The notes beneath the pieces were generated by a model. It was not told the DNA's origin and ran no database searches. It saw only the letters and a program-made list of their open reading frames with translations. A stretch of DNA of 62,784 nucleotides, counting the filler, from Nemertoderma westbladi (taxonomy: Eukaryota > Animalia > Xenacoelomorpha): the NCBI GenBank assembly GCA_032718475.1. It is 4 parts of 4 records of this genome, joined end to end, with 100 filler letters (N's around TTAATTAATTAA, not from the genome) between each part and the next. Parts side by side here need not be neighbours in the genome. Positions count along the whole stretch, not along the records: positions 1 to 16,340 come from JAUCBJ010004575.1; 3 more parts are not named here. One strand, written 5' to 3'. The position numbers were made by a program, and so were the translations under genes. Below are positions 1 to 11,863 of this stretch, piece after piece; the first letter of the stretch is position 1, and every line of letters starts with the position of its first letter.

Positions 1-1328
1 GGAGCCAGTGGGGTCGAACTTCGGGAGATTGCCGTCGCCCCGGAGAAACGCACCGCACGCCAGGAGGGGGGTACAGGACGTACCAATACGAAGTCGAGAG
101 CAGGAGTAGGGGATCGAAGGGAAAGCTTCCCGACGGGATATAGCTGCCGATCGAGAGTACGGTAGTCGCCGGGAGATTCGAGATTCGCGAAGATTAAACT
201 TCGGTTCGGAAGGGCACATGCAGACTGCAGGACATACTGTAGGCCTTACTGCACATACTATTATAGGCCATGCTGGGAGAGATAGAGTAGGCGATAGGGT
301 AGCGCGAACGACGGGATTAAACCCGGAAGCCGCGGAGTACATACCGGCGGGTAGGCAGGAAGTGGGTAGGCCTATATCGGTACAGCAGCATGACTATAAT
401 ACACAGGGACATAACATGTATCCAGGGGAGGGGAGAGTTATTGGAGATAGACGTATGGGCCCCAATATATTAACATCAACCCCAGCACCAAACATACCGG
501 CCGGGGGGGGGGGGGGGGGCAGGGTGACATTCCCCCATCACAATATCGACAATATACCCCAATAGGAGCAAGAACATCGAACTCCCTGGACGAGAACAGG
601 TCGTGCGGACAGTCACTACCACACGCGGCCATACAGGGGACTGCTAGTCCACAGTTAGCTGGTAGCAGGGCCACACCGTGGCAGGGACAGAAAGAAAATA
701 ACACCAAAAATAAATACAATCCCAATATACCCAGTAGGCCGAGTCTAGACAACCGAAACATTAAATCGGTACATATAAACCTAAGCGCGATACGTGAAGG
801 ACTATACAGGAAACGCTATAATCCAGGATTCCAATGTCAATTACATCGGGACGGAACCCATAAGACCAGGAGTTGCAAGTACTGGCAAGCGTTGCCCAAA
901 CGAGATCGTGTAGCCTACACAGTCGCAAACGGACTATGTCATCGATGTGTGGTAAAAGGACACAGATCCGGAGAGTGTTGGAAAGGGAGAGGATGTGAAA
1001 GGACTAAACCAGGGGCAGAGAAGCCCATGAGCAAACATAAAGGAGTCGGGAAAGTAGAAGGAGGCGTGTTGCATACACACGCAGGACTGACACAGTGCGA
1101 GGGGGCATTACATGGGCAGACGCCGTGTATACCGAGGGACGAGCGGGGGTCGTCGAGGCCTTTAATGCCAGCGCACATACGAAGGGGGAGGCCAGCGGAG
1201 GTAGCGCCGAAGAGAGTGTGGCGTAGAGTTAGAGGACGTATAGGAGGGCAGCGGGAGAGTGCCTACTGGAAGAAGGGGCACCTGAGAGTTTTTAGTCGTC
1301 CAAAGTTTTGGACTGAGGGGGGTGGGAA
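1..1328 (+). mobile_element. Internally deleted BEL/Pao LTR retrotransposon body (gag remnant, probable pol C-terminus, polypurine tract)
   Basis: About 180-980 is an inverted homolog of the BEL gag at about 31130-32720, including the zinc knuckle CHRCVVKGHRSGEC. A short frame CLLEEGAPESF* (1260-1295) resembles a BEL integrase end. It is followed by a small hairpin and purine tract gaggggggtgggaa (1315-1328), then TG. Confidence 0.8.
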
Positions 1329-3209
1329 TGAGGGCGAGACGCCCTTCCCACGCATAAAATATAAAATAATTATTTAATTAAAAATAATAAAATAATTAAA
1401 TAATAAAGTAGGTAGAAGTTAGGTAGTAAGAGTTAGTTAGTTAGTTAGTTAGTTAGTTAAAGGGTGGTACGTAGTACCGTTAGAGAGTAAGAGTTAGAGG
1501 GTGTACGTAGTACCGTTAGAGAGTAAGAGTTAGAGGGTACGCAGTACCGTTAGAGAGTAGGAGTTAAGGGGTACGTAGTACCGTTAGAGAGTAAGAGTTA
1601 GAGGGTGGTACATAGTACCGTTAGGGAGTAAGAGTTAGAGGGTACGTAGTACCGGTTAGTAAGAGTAGAGAGAGTTAGTAAGAGTAAGAAGGTACGTAGT
1701 ACCAGTTAGTAAGAGTAGAGAGAGTTAGTAAGAGTAGAGAGAGTTAGTAAGAGTAAGAGTTAGAAGGTACGTAGTACCGGTTAGTAAGAGTAGAGAGAGT
1801 TAGTAAGAGTAAGAGGGTACGTAGTACCGCTAGCTAGTAGAGAGAGCTAGAGTAGTAAGAGGGTACGTTGTACCGCTAGCTAGTAGAGAGAGCTAGAGTA
1901 GTAAGAGGGTACGTAGTACCGCTAGTTAGGAGTGTTAGTAGAGCAGTAGAGGGTTGTGGGCACCATAAGCGCCACGTAGATGGAAGTAGCAGTAGAGGTT
2001 GTGGGCACCGCAAGCGCCACGTAGTTAGAGTTAGTAGGGGATGCGCTGATCTAAGTGGGGCACGGGCGTGATGACGTGTTTGATGTAAGAGCAGGGTATG
2101 TTAATTAGGGTGGGTGCCGGGCACAAGAGGTGTGCCGGGCACAAAAAAGAGTTAGTAGAGAGTTAGGTGCCGGGCACAAGAGGTGTGCCGGGCACAAAAG
2201 AGTTAGTAGAGAGTTAGGTGCCACGCACAAGAGGTGTGCCGGGCACAAAAGGAGTTAGTAGAGTTAGTAGTAGAGTCAGTAGTAGTTCACATAATTAACG
2301 TACCCACTCTGCCGGCACTCAGAGCGTCACGTGTAGGCGATGAGACGTAAAGGGGGAGTAGAGGAGTAGAGACGGGCACATTGGGTGCCAGGTAGTAGAA
2401 GAGTAGAGAGGGCACATAGGGTGCCAGGTAGTAGAGTTAGAGTGTTAGAGGTAGTAGAGAGGGTACATAGGGTACCAGTGAGTAGAAGAGTAGAGACGGG
2501 CACATAGGGTGCCAGGTAGTAAAGTTAGAGAGTTAGAGGTAGTAGAGTAGAGCAGAGAGGGCACATAGGGTGCCAGGTAGTAGAGTTAGAGAGTTGGTAG
2601 ACTCAAAGGAGTCAAGTAGAGTTAGTAGAAGTAGAGAGCTAGTAGGAGTTAGTTAGACTTAGTAGTTCTAGTTAGAGTTAGTAGAAAGTTAGAGGCTTTA
2701 GTTAGAGCCAGAAGTAGTGAGAGTTAGCGGAGAGTAGAGTTAGTAGTTAGTAGAGTTAGATAGTTAGAGTTAGTAAGCAGTAGGTAGATGGTATGATAGC
2801 ACAGGGGTAGCATTAGAGATTAGGGCCTTAGGGAGGGCAAGAGAGATAGCGAGAGGTGGTATGGAGATAGTGTGGAGAGAGTGTGGGCGCAATTCAAGCG
2901 TGGGGGGGAGAAGTGAGAGGAAGAGTGAGGGACAGGGAAGTCCAAGAGTTAGAGCAAGAGAGGAGAGGAAGAGTAGAGTCAGGGCGAAAGTGTTGGGGAA
3001 ACAAAAGTTGTGTGAGAGAAGCGCACGATCGGCCCGACACGAAACGCCAGATGGTAGCAATATCATACCCATAGGGAGCGGCCCGGAAAGCCGGCTCCGA
3101 AAGAAAATAACCCACCCCACACCCGATACTAGATCGGGATCCAGCGGAATTGTAGCGCACTTTTTGGTGGATGCTATCTTCTCACCGGGAAGATAGCATG
3201 GGGGGGGAG
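1329..3209 (+). repeat. C-depleted, purine-rich tandem repeat region with hairpin motifs (LTR U3 or 3' UTR of the BEL element)
   Basis: AGAGTTAG/AGTAG-type linkers interspersed with GGTACnnnGTACC and GGCACnnnnnGTGCC inverted motifs. It directly follows the purine tract plus TG. Confidence 0.8.
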
Positions 3210-3777
3210 TGTTAGCTTATCCAATTCCGCTAACATGAACCCACAAAGTAAGCCGTTGAGCAATATTGGCAGCACGAGGTTGATTACCAATCAACCTCGT
3301 GTCACCCCAGTAAACGGGGACAATAGGCCCCAAAGGAGACACACACAATAAGGGTCAGGGGCCAAACCCCTAACAGAGAGAGAACAACAGGGGCAACGGG
3401 AAACACACCAGGGAAGGTGAAAGGGCGAGAAGTGGGATATTAGCCAATGGGGGGACAGCATCGACTAGGTACAGTGATATGGCCAACTGTGCAGTACATA
3501 TATTACCTGTTGGTGCTTCCCTATTCAGTCAGTTTACTCAGTTAGTTCAGTAGGGTGGAACGGTGACTTCTATCACCGTCCGCTACCGCCATCATGTGTA
3601 ATACTTCTGTACTTATCTACCGGTAACCAGTTATCCATGTCTGCTATATCAACTATATTATACCTTTCTACATATTACCGAACATCAGAACTCTAAACGA
3701 ACCTTTTCATATACACGGCGGGGATGCGTAGGTAGAAAACCCAAACGGATAAACCGGGATCCGTAGATCCCGTCACA
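3210..3777 (+). mobile_element. LTR, or the 3' part of a longer LTR starting at 1329
   Basis: Purine tract ggggggggag (3200-3209), then TGTTAG...GTCACA. The right end coincides with an abrupt break in the LINE RT frame (PLLFSL|). Confidence 0.6.
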
Positions 3778-4650
3778 GGCTGAACAATAAGGGGGAGAGT
3801 TTATCTCCTTGGACTACCCCTACAGTTTGACTGATTGGTTCCAGAACGTACGGTCCAATACAAAGACATACAAAGTTAATCACAATTAGCGCCCAAATAA
3901 CACGTATGAACTTGCTGCTGACACCACAGGCTGATAACTTCTTGCAGAGAGTCTCTCTATTTACCGAGTCGAACGCCTTTGTAAAGTCGACAAATATACA
4001 GTATAGATGGCCGCCAGAAGGCGCTATTGCCATGTTGATACGGCTATACAAAGATTTAATGGCCATTATTGTGGAGCGGGCCTTCCGAAAACCGTATTGT
4101 TGATCGGGTAGAATGTAATTAGCTTCCGCCCACTTGTATAGTCTCGAGCATATGATTGCGGTGTAAGTTTTAAGGAAAGGAAAGGAGTGCGTTACCCCGA
4201 TAACAGTTAGGGTCGGACTTCGCTCCCTTGCCCTTGTAAAGAGGAATCAAATACGAGATAAGCCACTGAACTGGGCAGTTGGCGGTTGAGAAACACAGCG
4301 AGAACAGGGCAAGTAGGTATGGGAGAAGGTGCGCCAATCCCCACTTGAGGGATTCGTTAGTGATCCCGTCGGGACCAGCCGCCTTCTTTCGCTTCTGGTT
4401 TTTTATGGCTTCAGTAACTTCGTTTGCATCTATAGGTGCGTTGAGTATGCCATCGGGATTGTCCGGGATATCAGGGAAGTTTGGTTTGCGTTTCGCGGTT
4501 AGCAGATTCGTAAAGTGCATTACCCAAGACTCCTCCGCAACTTGGTGAGCGGTTGGTTTTGTTTGAGCTCCGCCCTTTAGAATATTTCAGAACGCGGATT
4601 TATCTTTAATAAGATGGAATTATTATTCGCAAAGTTTTCGGCTAACTAGA
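3778..4650 (-). mobile_element. Degenerate LINE ORF2 reverse-transcriptase fragment (family A)
   Basis: KAAGPDGI, YKGKG..DPNCYRG, FVDFTKAFDSVNR and GVVQGDKLSPLLF motifs across frameshifted ORFs 4170-4520 and 3773-4066. Confidence 0.92.
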
Positions 4651-4652
4651 CG

Positions 4653-6886
4653 TTGTAACCCAAATATTGAATTGGACAGGAGGCATAAATCATCTGCATA
4701 TCCAACCAAGATGGTTCACCCTCGTACTACCTATTAAACACCCTACCCCTGTAAATGTTAAATCCTACTTAACCCATCCATGTATACATTAAACAATAGA
4801 GGGGTTAAGACACTACTCTGTCTTGTCCCATTTGTGACGGTAAACCTCGATGATGTAATACCAGCCCGTCTAATGTACATCTCTTGCTCCCTATACCAAA
4901 AATAAGCAATCTAACTAAATATACGGGGACTCTTCTATCTAGTAATTTACGAAACATCCCCAAATGGTTTATACGATCAAAAGCCTTGCTAGCGTCAAGC
5001 ATACAGACAAACACAGGCGTATTTTGAGAGAGATAATAATTTATTACCTCCTTCAAAGCATATACGCATGTCTCTGTACCCAATTTCGCCTTAAAGCCAA
5101 ACTGGTTATCTGATGTACGTAGTTTATTTAAAATTCTACTTAATATAATACGCTCTATAAGCTTTCCTAAAACAGATGAAATAGCAACGCCACGATAATT
5201 ATCCCTACTCGTAATATCACCCGTTTTATCCTTAACTATCGGTATGATCTCTGATTCGATCATCCCGTTTGGCAGATAACCGTGAATAAATATTGAGGTG
5301 TACAGCACAGATAAGACCTTAAGTAAATTAGCACTGCACCCATTAATTAAATGTTCAGAGGTCAACAAATCAGGACCGACTGACTTATTCATATTCAAAC
5401 TGTATATAGCATCAAATACTTCCGAAATACTAACAACATCAGTGTTATTAAATATAGGATTATCAAAAGAGTTAACTTTCGTAAAAACAAAATTTTTATC
5501 TGAATCATCGTTGACACAGTTCAAAAGTTGAGAAAAATGATCCCGCCACATTTTAGTAATTGCTGCTGCGCCCAGAGCACCCCCTGCTTTAATCGCCGGG
5601 GGGCTGCTACATGTGGTATGTTTTCTAGCTTGGTTCCAAAAATCTCTAAAACCACTGTCACTCAAAAGGGCTTCCGCCATGTTATCGTTTCGAATTTTCT
5701 GTTCGTTCTTTTTACATAAGTGCTTTTTTGAAAGCTGCTCTGGAGCGCAGGTAGTCCCTATGAATATAACTGGTGAGCCACATTCCCGCCAATTCTTAAA
5801 TTTTTCTCTTGCCTCCTCATGCTTACTCCGCAAGAAGTCATTCCACCCTGGAATATGGTTATAGTTTTTACAACAATTATTGTTGTTCACCGGATATTTC
5901 TTAACATAACACTTTGCTGAATTGTTAAGAATATCTTTAAAGTTATTGTATAGACTCTCAATATTTGCACGATGAATTGCACAATTGGTATCTCTACATT
6001 CTATTAAATCCCTATCTATATGTAAATCATTTAGCTGCGCACTACATGAATTAGCATATAAAAATATTTTGTGTCGTGAAGTGTGTGCCCAGTCAAATTT
6101 ACTAGCACCATTACTAGTCTTTCTATTTTCTATTCTATTTTACTACTTTCTATTTCAATACCAAGCGTTACTGAAATAGGCATGTGATCATCAATTGATT
6201 TATCGTAACACACATTCATATTTGTAATCATATCCATCAGTGTTTTGGAACACACAATGTGATTTAACCACGATGTAGTTGAGTGCACTTCACTAACAAA
6301 AGTGAAAGTGTCACTAGGTAGCATCGCGGTATCTGACCTACAAAGGTTATTCGACACGCACCACTGACTCACTTCATTATAAAATTTCGTACCTGGATTT
6401 GAGTTAAAGTCACCCATAATGCAAATATGATAAAAATTCTGAGTTTCCAAAATACACTGTAAATTACCTAAACACTGTGAAAAAGCTGATTCATTATCAC
6501 TCCATTAATATGGCATATAAATATTTACAATAAGTATTTCCTCATTATTCTTTAGTTTCACCTTTAACCCAATCATTCTGTTCTCATTAACACAAAAAAA
6601 GACGGGTTCTACCACTGGTGCTAGAGTTTATTGTTCCAGTTAACCGCTACCCCACCATAAGGAGGGCCCCTCGATGGTCCAGCCGAGGTGTCTACCAGTG
6701 AGACCACTCTCCCTATATAATTCGGATTAATTTCATTCAAAAACCCTTGTTCATGTTTAGCTAACCATGTCTCCTGCAAAAGCAAGATATCACAATCACC
6801 AGCATCCAACAGCCGCTTTACGTCCCCCATTCCTACTGGACCGCGTACATTCTTACAATTGTACGATATTAGGTAAACGTCAATAT
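4653..6886 (-). mobile_element. Degenerate LINE ORF2, AP endonuclease plus RT up to YADD (family B, RTE-X-like; clade uncertain)
   Basis: ISYNCKNV, ILLLQETWL, IMGDFN and DDHMPI endonuclease motifs; DNQFGFK, CMLDASKAFDRINH and YADDLCLL RT motifs; several frameshifts. Confidence 0.93.
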
Positions 6887-8211
6887 TTAGGTAAATATTA
6901 GGACTTGGGGTCTGATAACACTAGAGCTGAAAAGGTACAGCCGAAAAGGGACAGCTGCACATACCGAGCGACCAACCCTGTAAAGGAATTGCAAGGGGTA
7001 TCGGAGGCGTTTATGGGAGGCTAATCTGAAGATGCCTAGTAAGCCTGTTACGTAGTTCTTATGAGTGTTATCAAAGCCTCGGTATACATGCCGCATATAG
7101 CAGGAACACTCACGCAAGTGTGGGGGTATTATCTTAACGAGATCTAGAATTAGTTACTGTAAGTATAAGGCCTCAGCACTTACAAACTGCTTCAAAGGGG
7201 TACGATAGTTACGTGTAAACCATTCTGTTATATTGTGTTGTCGGCTAGTGGATGTACGTATGACTTACATATATCACAGGTAGGACGCTACTTTGCCTAG
7301 TGCGTGATAAGCGCACGATTTACTCGAATCACTTGCATCGCTGGTAAATAATAGTTACTAGTTGGGAATAATATAACAATACTGTGGACTCACACATTCG
7401 CATTAAATGAACCGAATCTTATTACTGACAGGGCGCACTTACATTTATCGTGTGGAAATCAAGTTGGTTTTATCTTTAGTCCAATATATTCATCAACAAG
7501 TAGTGCAAATATAATAGATTGCAAATGATTAGTTGTTAATGCAAGCAATTAGGTAAAATATCGTAGGCCACTATAACTAACGTGACTTACTAGGCTAGAA
7601 AATCGATGTAAATTACCTGAGATGTTATCAGGTTAAGCCCTGCCCTATAGAGGCTGACAGCAGTTATATATGAATACACAATGTTCGGTAAAAATAGAAC
7701 AGCCAATAAGACGCAAGAATACTGGCTTCGGTAGTTACCAATGAGAGTCCAGTAATACCACAACTGTTGTTAGGCAACAATATAAACAATTTATGTGCTA
7801 TTCAATACATTCGAAGCACAAATATTATATGCACTGAAACCGAATAATAACTCGATGAAAATATAAGATTTCTGTATACAGTTAGCATTGGCAGCAAAAA
7901 GGGCCGAGTAGTATGCAAAGGGTCTACTGACTATCGACTAGACGGAGTGTACTACAGTTTATTGCTGCAGTTCCTCACCTACCTGACGGACAATCATCGA
8001 CAGACACCGACCCGACGGAGTGATATGTTATTACTGCATTCACTCACCGACCCTACGGACTTCCTACGGATTTCTGACCCACGTACTTCTGACAGATGGG
8101 TATCAAACGTAATTTGGGGGGTTAAAATTCTATCTATGAAGTTATTCAAACTGCCCAATTAAATAATTTGTACTGTAGGTCTATTATTATGTTATTTACA
8201 TTGTGTATATT

Positions 8212-8755
8212 CCCGAAATGTTCCCTGCGATGTCACCCGCAATGAAACCCCCAGATCACCATAATAGACTAGTCTGTTGACTACAAACTCTTAATGTACA
8301 TACCTACCACCTATATTTCATACTCTGTTATGTATTAAACTATATTGAACTACAGTATGAATAATGTCTATGTTATTCTTATTACCGGTACAATGTTTAA
8401 CATGGATTATATTATACTGTACAGTACAATAATTACTAACCCGTTATCAATTAAAATCTAGTTAATCGTTAAAGCGCTTAAATTTCTCAGAGGACAGGGG
8501 GGGGGGGGGGGGGGGGGATCTTTACTTATCATATGACATATAACATTTTAATCAGTCTTCCGCAACACCAGTTTGTTATGGAGGTATCATTGTTAGAGCG
8601 TTGTTGTTTCAATTTCAACATGTATTATGTAACAAGAAACACATCCCGCACAATTAAAAGTCTAATCACAGCGCCAATACTGGTGAAGTATAAGACAGTG
8701 AGTGTATTAAATCAGGCAAAAAACCTTTGCCTTATTTCGTGTAATTTCTTCGTAG
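8212..8755. repeat. Dispersed repeat, inverted copy of about 14111-14727; probable piggyBac 3' subterminal region
   Basis: Colinear reverse-complement match over about 540 bp (the ORF track shows the same pseudo-peptide MEVSLLERC..SRTIKSLITAPILV on opposite strands). It abuts a piggyBac transposase remnant. Confidence 0.85.
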
Positions 8756-8759
8756 ACAT

Positions 8760-9410
8760 CAAACTACCAACCAATTGCCTACGAAACATAATAAGTGGCA
8801 TTTTCTCCCTTGGATGTCAATCGCGCCAAAGAACATAAGCTTGAAACAAACATAGTTCAATGAGATGGAAAAACATTCGCAGCCAATTATGGTAAGCCTT
8901 CCTGTCAACTCTATAACACGCAATGGCTCGATCACAATCATCCACACCACCCATGTTGCCATTGTAAACTTTCGATTCTGACGGGCAGGATTCAATGAGT
9001 TCTTCAAATTCCCCAGTTTTCAGTTTGTTTTTACGTTTTACTGTTGTTTCTGGGCCAGTTGGGAATCCCTATCCAAATAGTACTGCCTTATTATCTTTCC
9101 ATTTTGTGACCGATATATCATCACCAGATCGGTAATCAATCTCTCCAATTGGCGATCATTCTTGAGTGCCGGCAATAGAACTCGATTTGATCTCAATGTT
9201 CCCAATATGTATATACCAATACTAGCTGAACTCCGTATCTGTGGGATAGTTGTAAAGAAGTTATAAATTACTATATCAACCAAGTGAAGGAAGCGGAAAA
9301 TGTGGGAAAATCGGTTACATGACATTGCTGTTGTTACAAAGTCATCATGAAGATCAGGATCTCTTTGACCAGTAATAACGAATTACAGGGAGTCATTTTA
9401 TCCCCATATA
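8760..9410 (-). mobile_element. piggyBac (PGBD-type) transposase remnant
   Basis: YW(S)..DPDLHDDFVTTAMSCNRFSHIFRFLHLVD and GTLRSNR match conserved piggyBac transposase segments. The catalytic region between them is deleted. No TTAA termini were identified. Confidence 0.7.
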
Positions 9411-9479
9411 CTTTATTTACTTATTTAATGAACTATTTACTACACAATATAATCAAATTGATACATACTTTCATATCAT

Positions 9480-10250
9480 TGAGAAAGTTCCTGGTACATT
9501 TTTTTTAAATTTTATATCATCGAGAACAAGCTCATTACCGGTATATATAATAAAACACGAAAAGCACAATGTGTAAAATTTTTTCAGTATAATTTAAAAA
9601 GTAGTATGTAAGAAAATATAATATTAAAATAAAGGGAAAGTTAAAGACGTTCCATATTGGTGAATCAGTATTGCGGCCGTACATATTACAGACCCTAACT
9701 AAACTATTTGAGGAATCTGAAATACGACGAAGTAAACTATACGCCGCAGTTCTCCGAATATGAATAAATAAAGGCATCCTATTGAAAATAAGCTTTTCAG
9801 TAGCACTGCAATTCCAACTGTCACTGTGTGATTTACGAAATATCTTATGATAAGCAACTTTTAAACGATTAATAGAACGTACGCTATAAGTATTCCATAG
9901 GCTAGCACCATAAAAATTCGTACAATAAGCGCGAAATAAAATATTTTTAACTGGGCTGCTACACGATTTAAATTTTCTTATCCTAGAGTTACCACGAATA
10001 TATAAGCACCTCATTTGATTTTCTATATCTTGCGAATCGTCCATATTGTCACTAAAAATATTACCTAAATATTTAATGCTAGAAACTAATGGAATAGGTG
10101 AATTCTCTATAAAAATACGTCCTACATTTAACCCTAAGCGCAGCTTACACCGGAAATAAATGCACTTTGTCTTTTTTAAGTTTAATTTGATATTGTGATC
10201 CTTACAATAAGATACTGTAATGTTTAAATGTATCTGTAATGCTTGCGGGA
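9480..10250 (-). mobile_element. LINE ORF2 C-terminal fragment and 3' UTR (family B-like)
   Basis: NLKKTKCI, KYLGNIF and RKFKSCSSPVKNILFRAYCTNFYGASLW; homologous to the C-terminus of ORF 18475-19614. Confidence 0.88.
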
Positions 10251-10632
10251 CATAATGATTATATAATGTAGACAGAGGCTTTGTTCGCGCTTTTAGACCT
10301 TTAACAGTTTAACCTGCTAATTTAAGTGTCTTATTAGTTGATAATCGCCCGTACTAATTGACATCAGCTGAAGCCAGTCCATCGCGGCATATGACCCACG
10401 GGTGTGGGAGACTGGATTCTATTGCAGAGAAAAGGGTAGAATACTTTGTATTATTCGATTGATCACTACTACAGTATATAATCTCCGACAACTATATTTA
10501 CTTTCAGGGAAATATTAACAGTTCCGTTTGGGCGTGGCGATTTAAGTATCATGCAGAGTTATGTCTGACACTAATTACAACGAGTGGCAGTGGGATAACG
10601 CAAATGGGGCATCTTTAGGAATGCTTTATTAA

Positions 10633-11863
10633 GGTGTTCGGACACGTCCCCCCCCCCGGACACTTCCCCCCTGCGGACACTTCCCCCCCGGACAGTTCCC
10701 CCCCCGCTCAAGTAGGACACTTCCCCCCCGGACACTTCCCCCCCAGACACTTCCCCCCTGCGGACACTTCCCACCCGACTGTTCTTAACTTCGCACATTC
10801 GTATTTTTCATTTTGTAAGGTAAACGGACCGTTTGTATCCAGATAAGTTGTATCCAATTTTCCTTTCGTAGCTCAGAAAGTTATCTTTTGCATCCCGATT
10901 TTACATTTTGTATCCAAGTTTTATTTATGGATTTTATCAATGCAATTACATCGTATTGTTTGCTAATCTTTAAACAATTAATTATATTAGATGACCTATA
11001 AATTCCATCCCCCGAATGATATACTGTGTTTATTAACTATAGAATTATAATAATTAATTGTTTTAATTATAGGTATTATTATGTAATAGTCTTCTTCAAA
11101 TTGTAGCAGATGGGGATGAATATTATTGTTGCAATCAAAATTATACCTCTCCAGGGTAAAATCGACATGCGTCGACCTGTATTCTGTGTTCAGCATTACA
11201 TATTGATATACATATTACTACTATACATACTATTTAGATATTATACACACTACATATTAAATTTCCTGGTTACTTGCAATATTATTAATAGGATTTTGTT
11301 GAATTATATAATATTGTAGTAATTTATGTATTAAATTGGTTAACATTCAATACAACTCCTACTTTAGGCTATGTCAATTTATTATCTGATGATACAAACA
11401 TGAATTAATTATTTCAAAGTGGTCTTAAGTCTTTCACCACGGGTACACAGGGAAATGCCGGGGTCTGGGGGCGATAACTCCCAAGAAAAGAAGCGGGGGT
11501 TTGGGGGCGGCAGCCCCCAAGAAAAGAAGCGGGGGTTTGGGGGCGGTAGCCCCCAACAAAAGAAGCGGGGGTTTGAGGGCGGCAGCCCCCAATTAAAAGA
11601 AATTAAAAGAATTAAAGGAATTAAAAGCAAAACAAACAAAATTTGACTATAAAAATGTTTCTTTTATAATTTTGAAAAAACTTGTGTAGATACAACTTGT
11701 CCTGTAACCATCTTTAGCTTTTGTTTATTGCTTTGATGCACCCAGATTAATTTTAACACTTTAACTGGGGGGGAAGTGTTCGGGGGGCAAGTGTCCGGGG
11801 GGCAAGTGTCCGGGGGGGAAGTGTCCGGGGGGGAAGTGTCCGGGGGGGAAGTGTCCTAGATCC
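10633..11863. mobile_element. Non-autonomous foldback-type DNA transposon (MULE-like) with 9-bp TSD
   Basis: TSD ctttattaa at 10624-10632 and 11864-11872; GG...CC termini; inverted subterminal arrays of about 15-bp ggacacttccccccc units. Confidence 0.9.
11455..11591. repeat. 36-bp tandem repeat (about 4 copies) inside the MULE-like element
   Basis: Unit approximately gggggtttgggggcggcagcccccaagaaaagaagc, each copy with a ttggggg...cccccaa hairpin. Confidence 0.85.

Noticed and set aside
2770-3196. Overlapping ORFs in the purine-rich region (possible env or accessory gene)
   Set aside because: Short and compositionally driven, with no TM/fusion or other domain motifs.
8110-8124. ggg|ttaa as a piggyBac terminus
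   Set aside because: Wrong orientation for the adjacent remnant and no matching partner end found.
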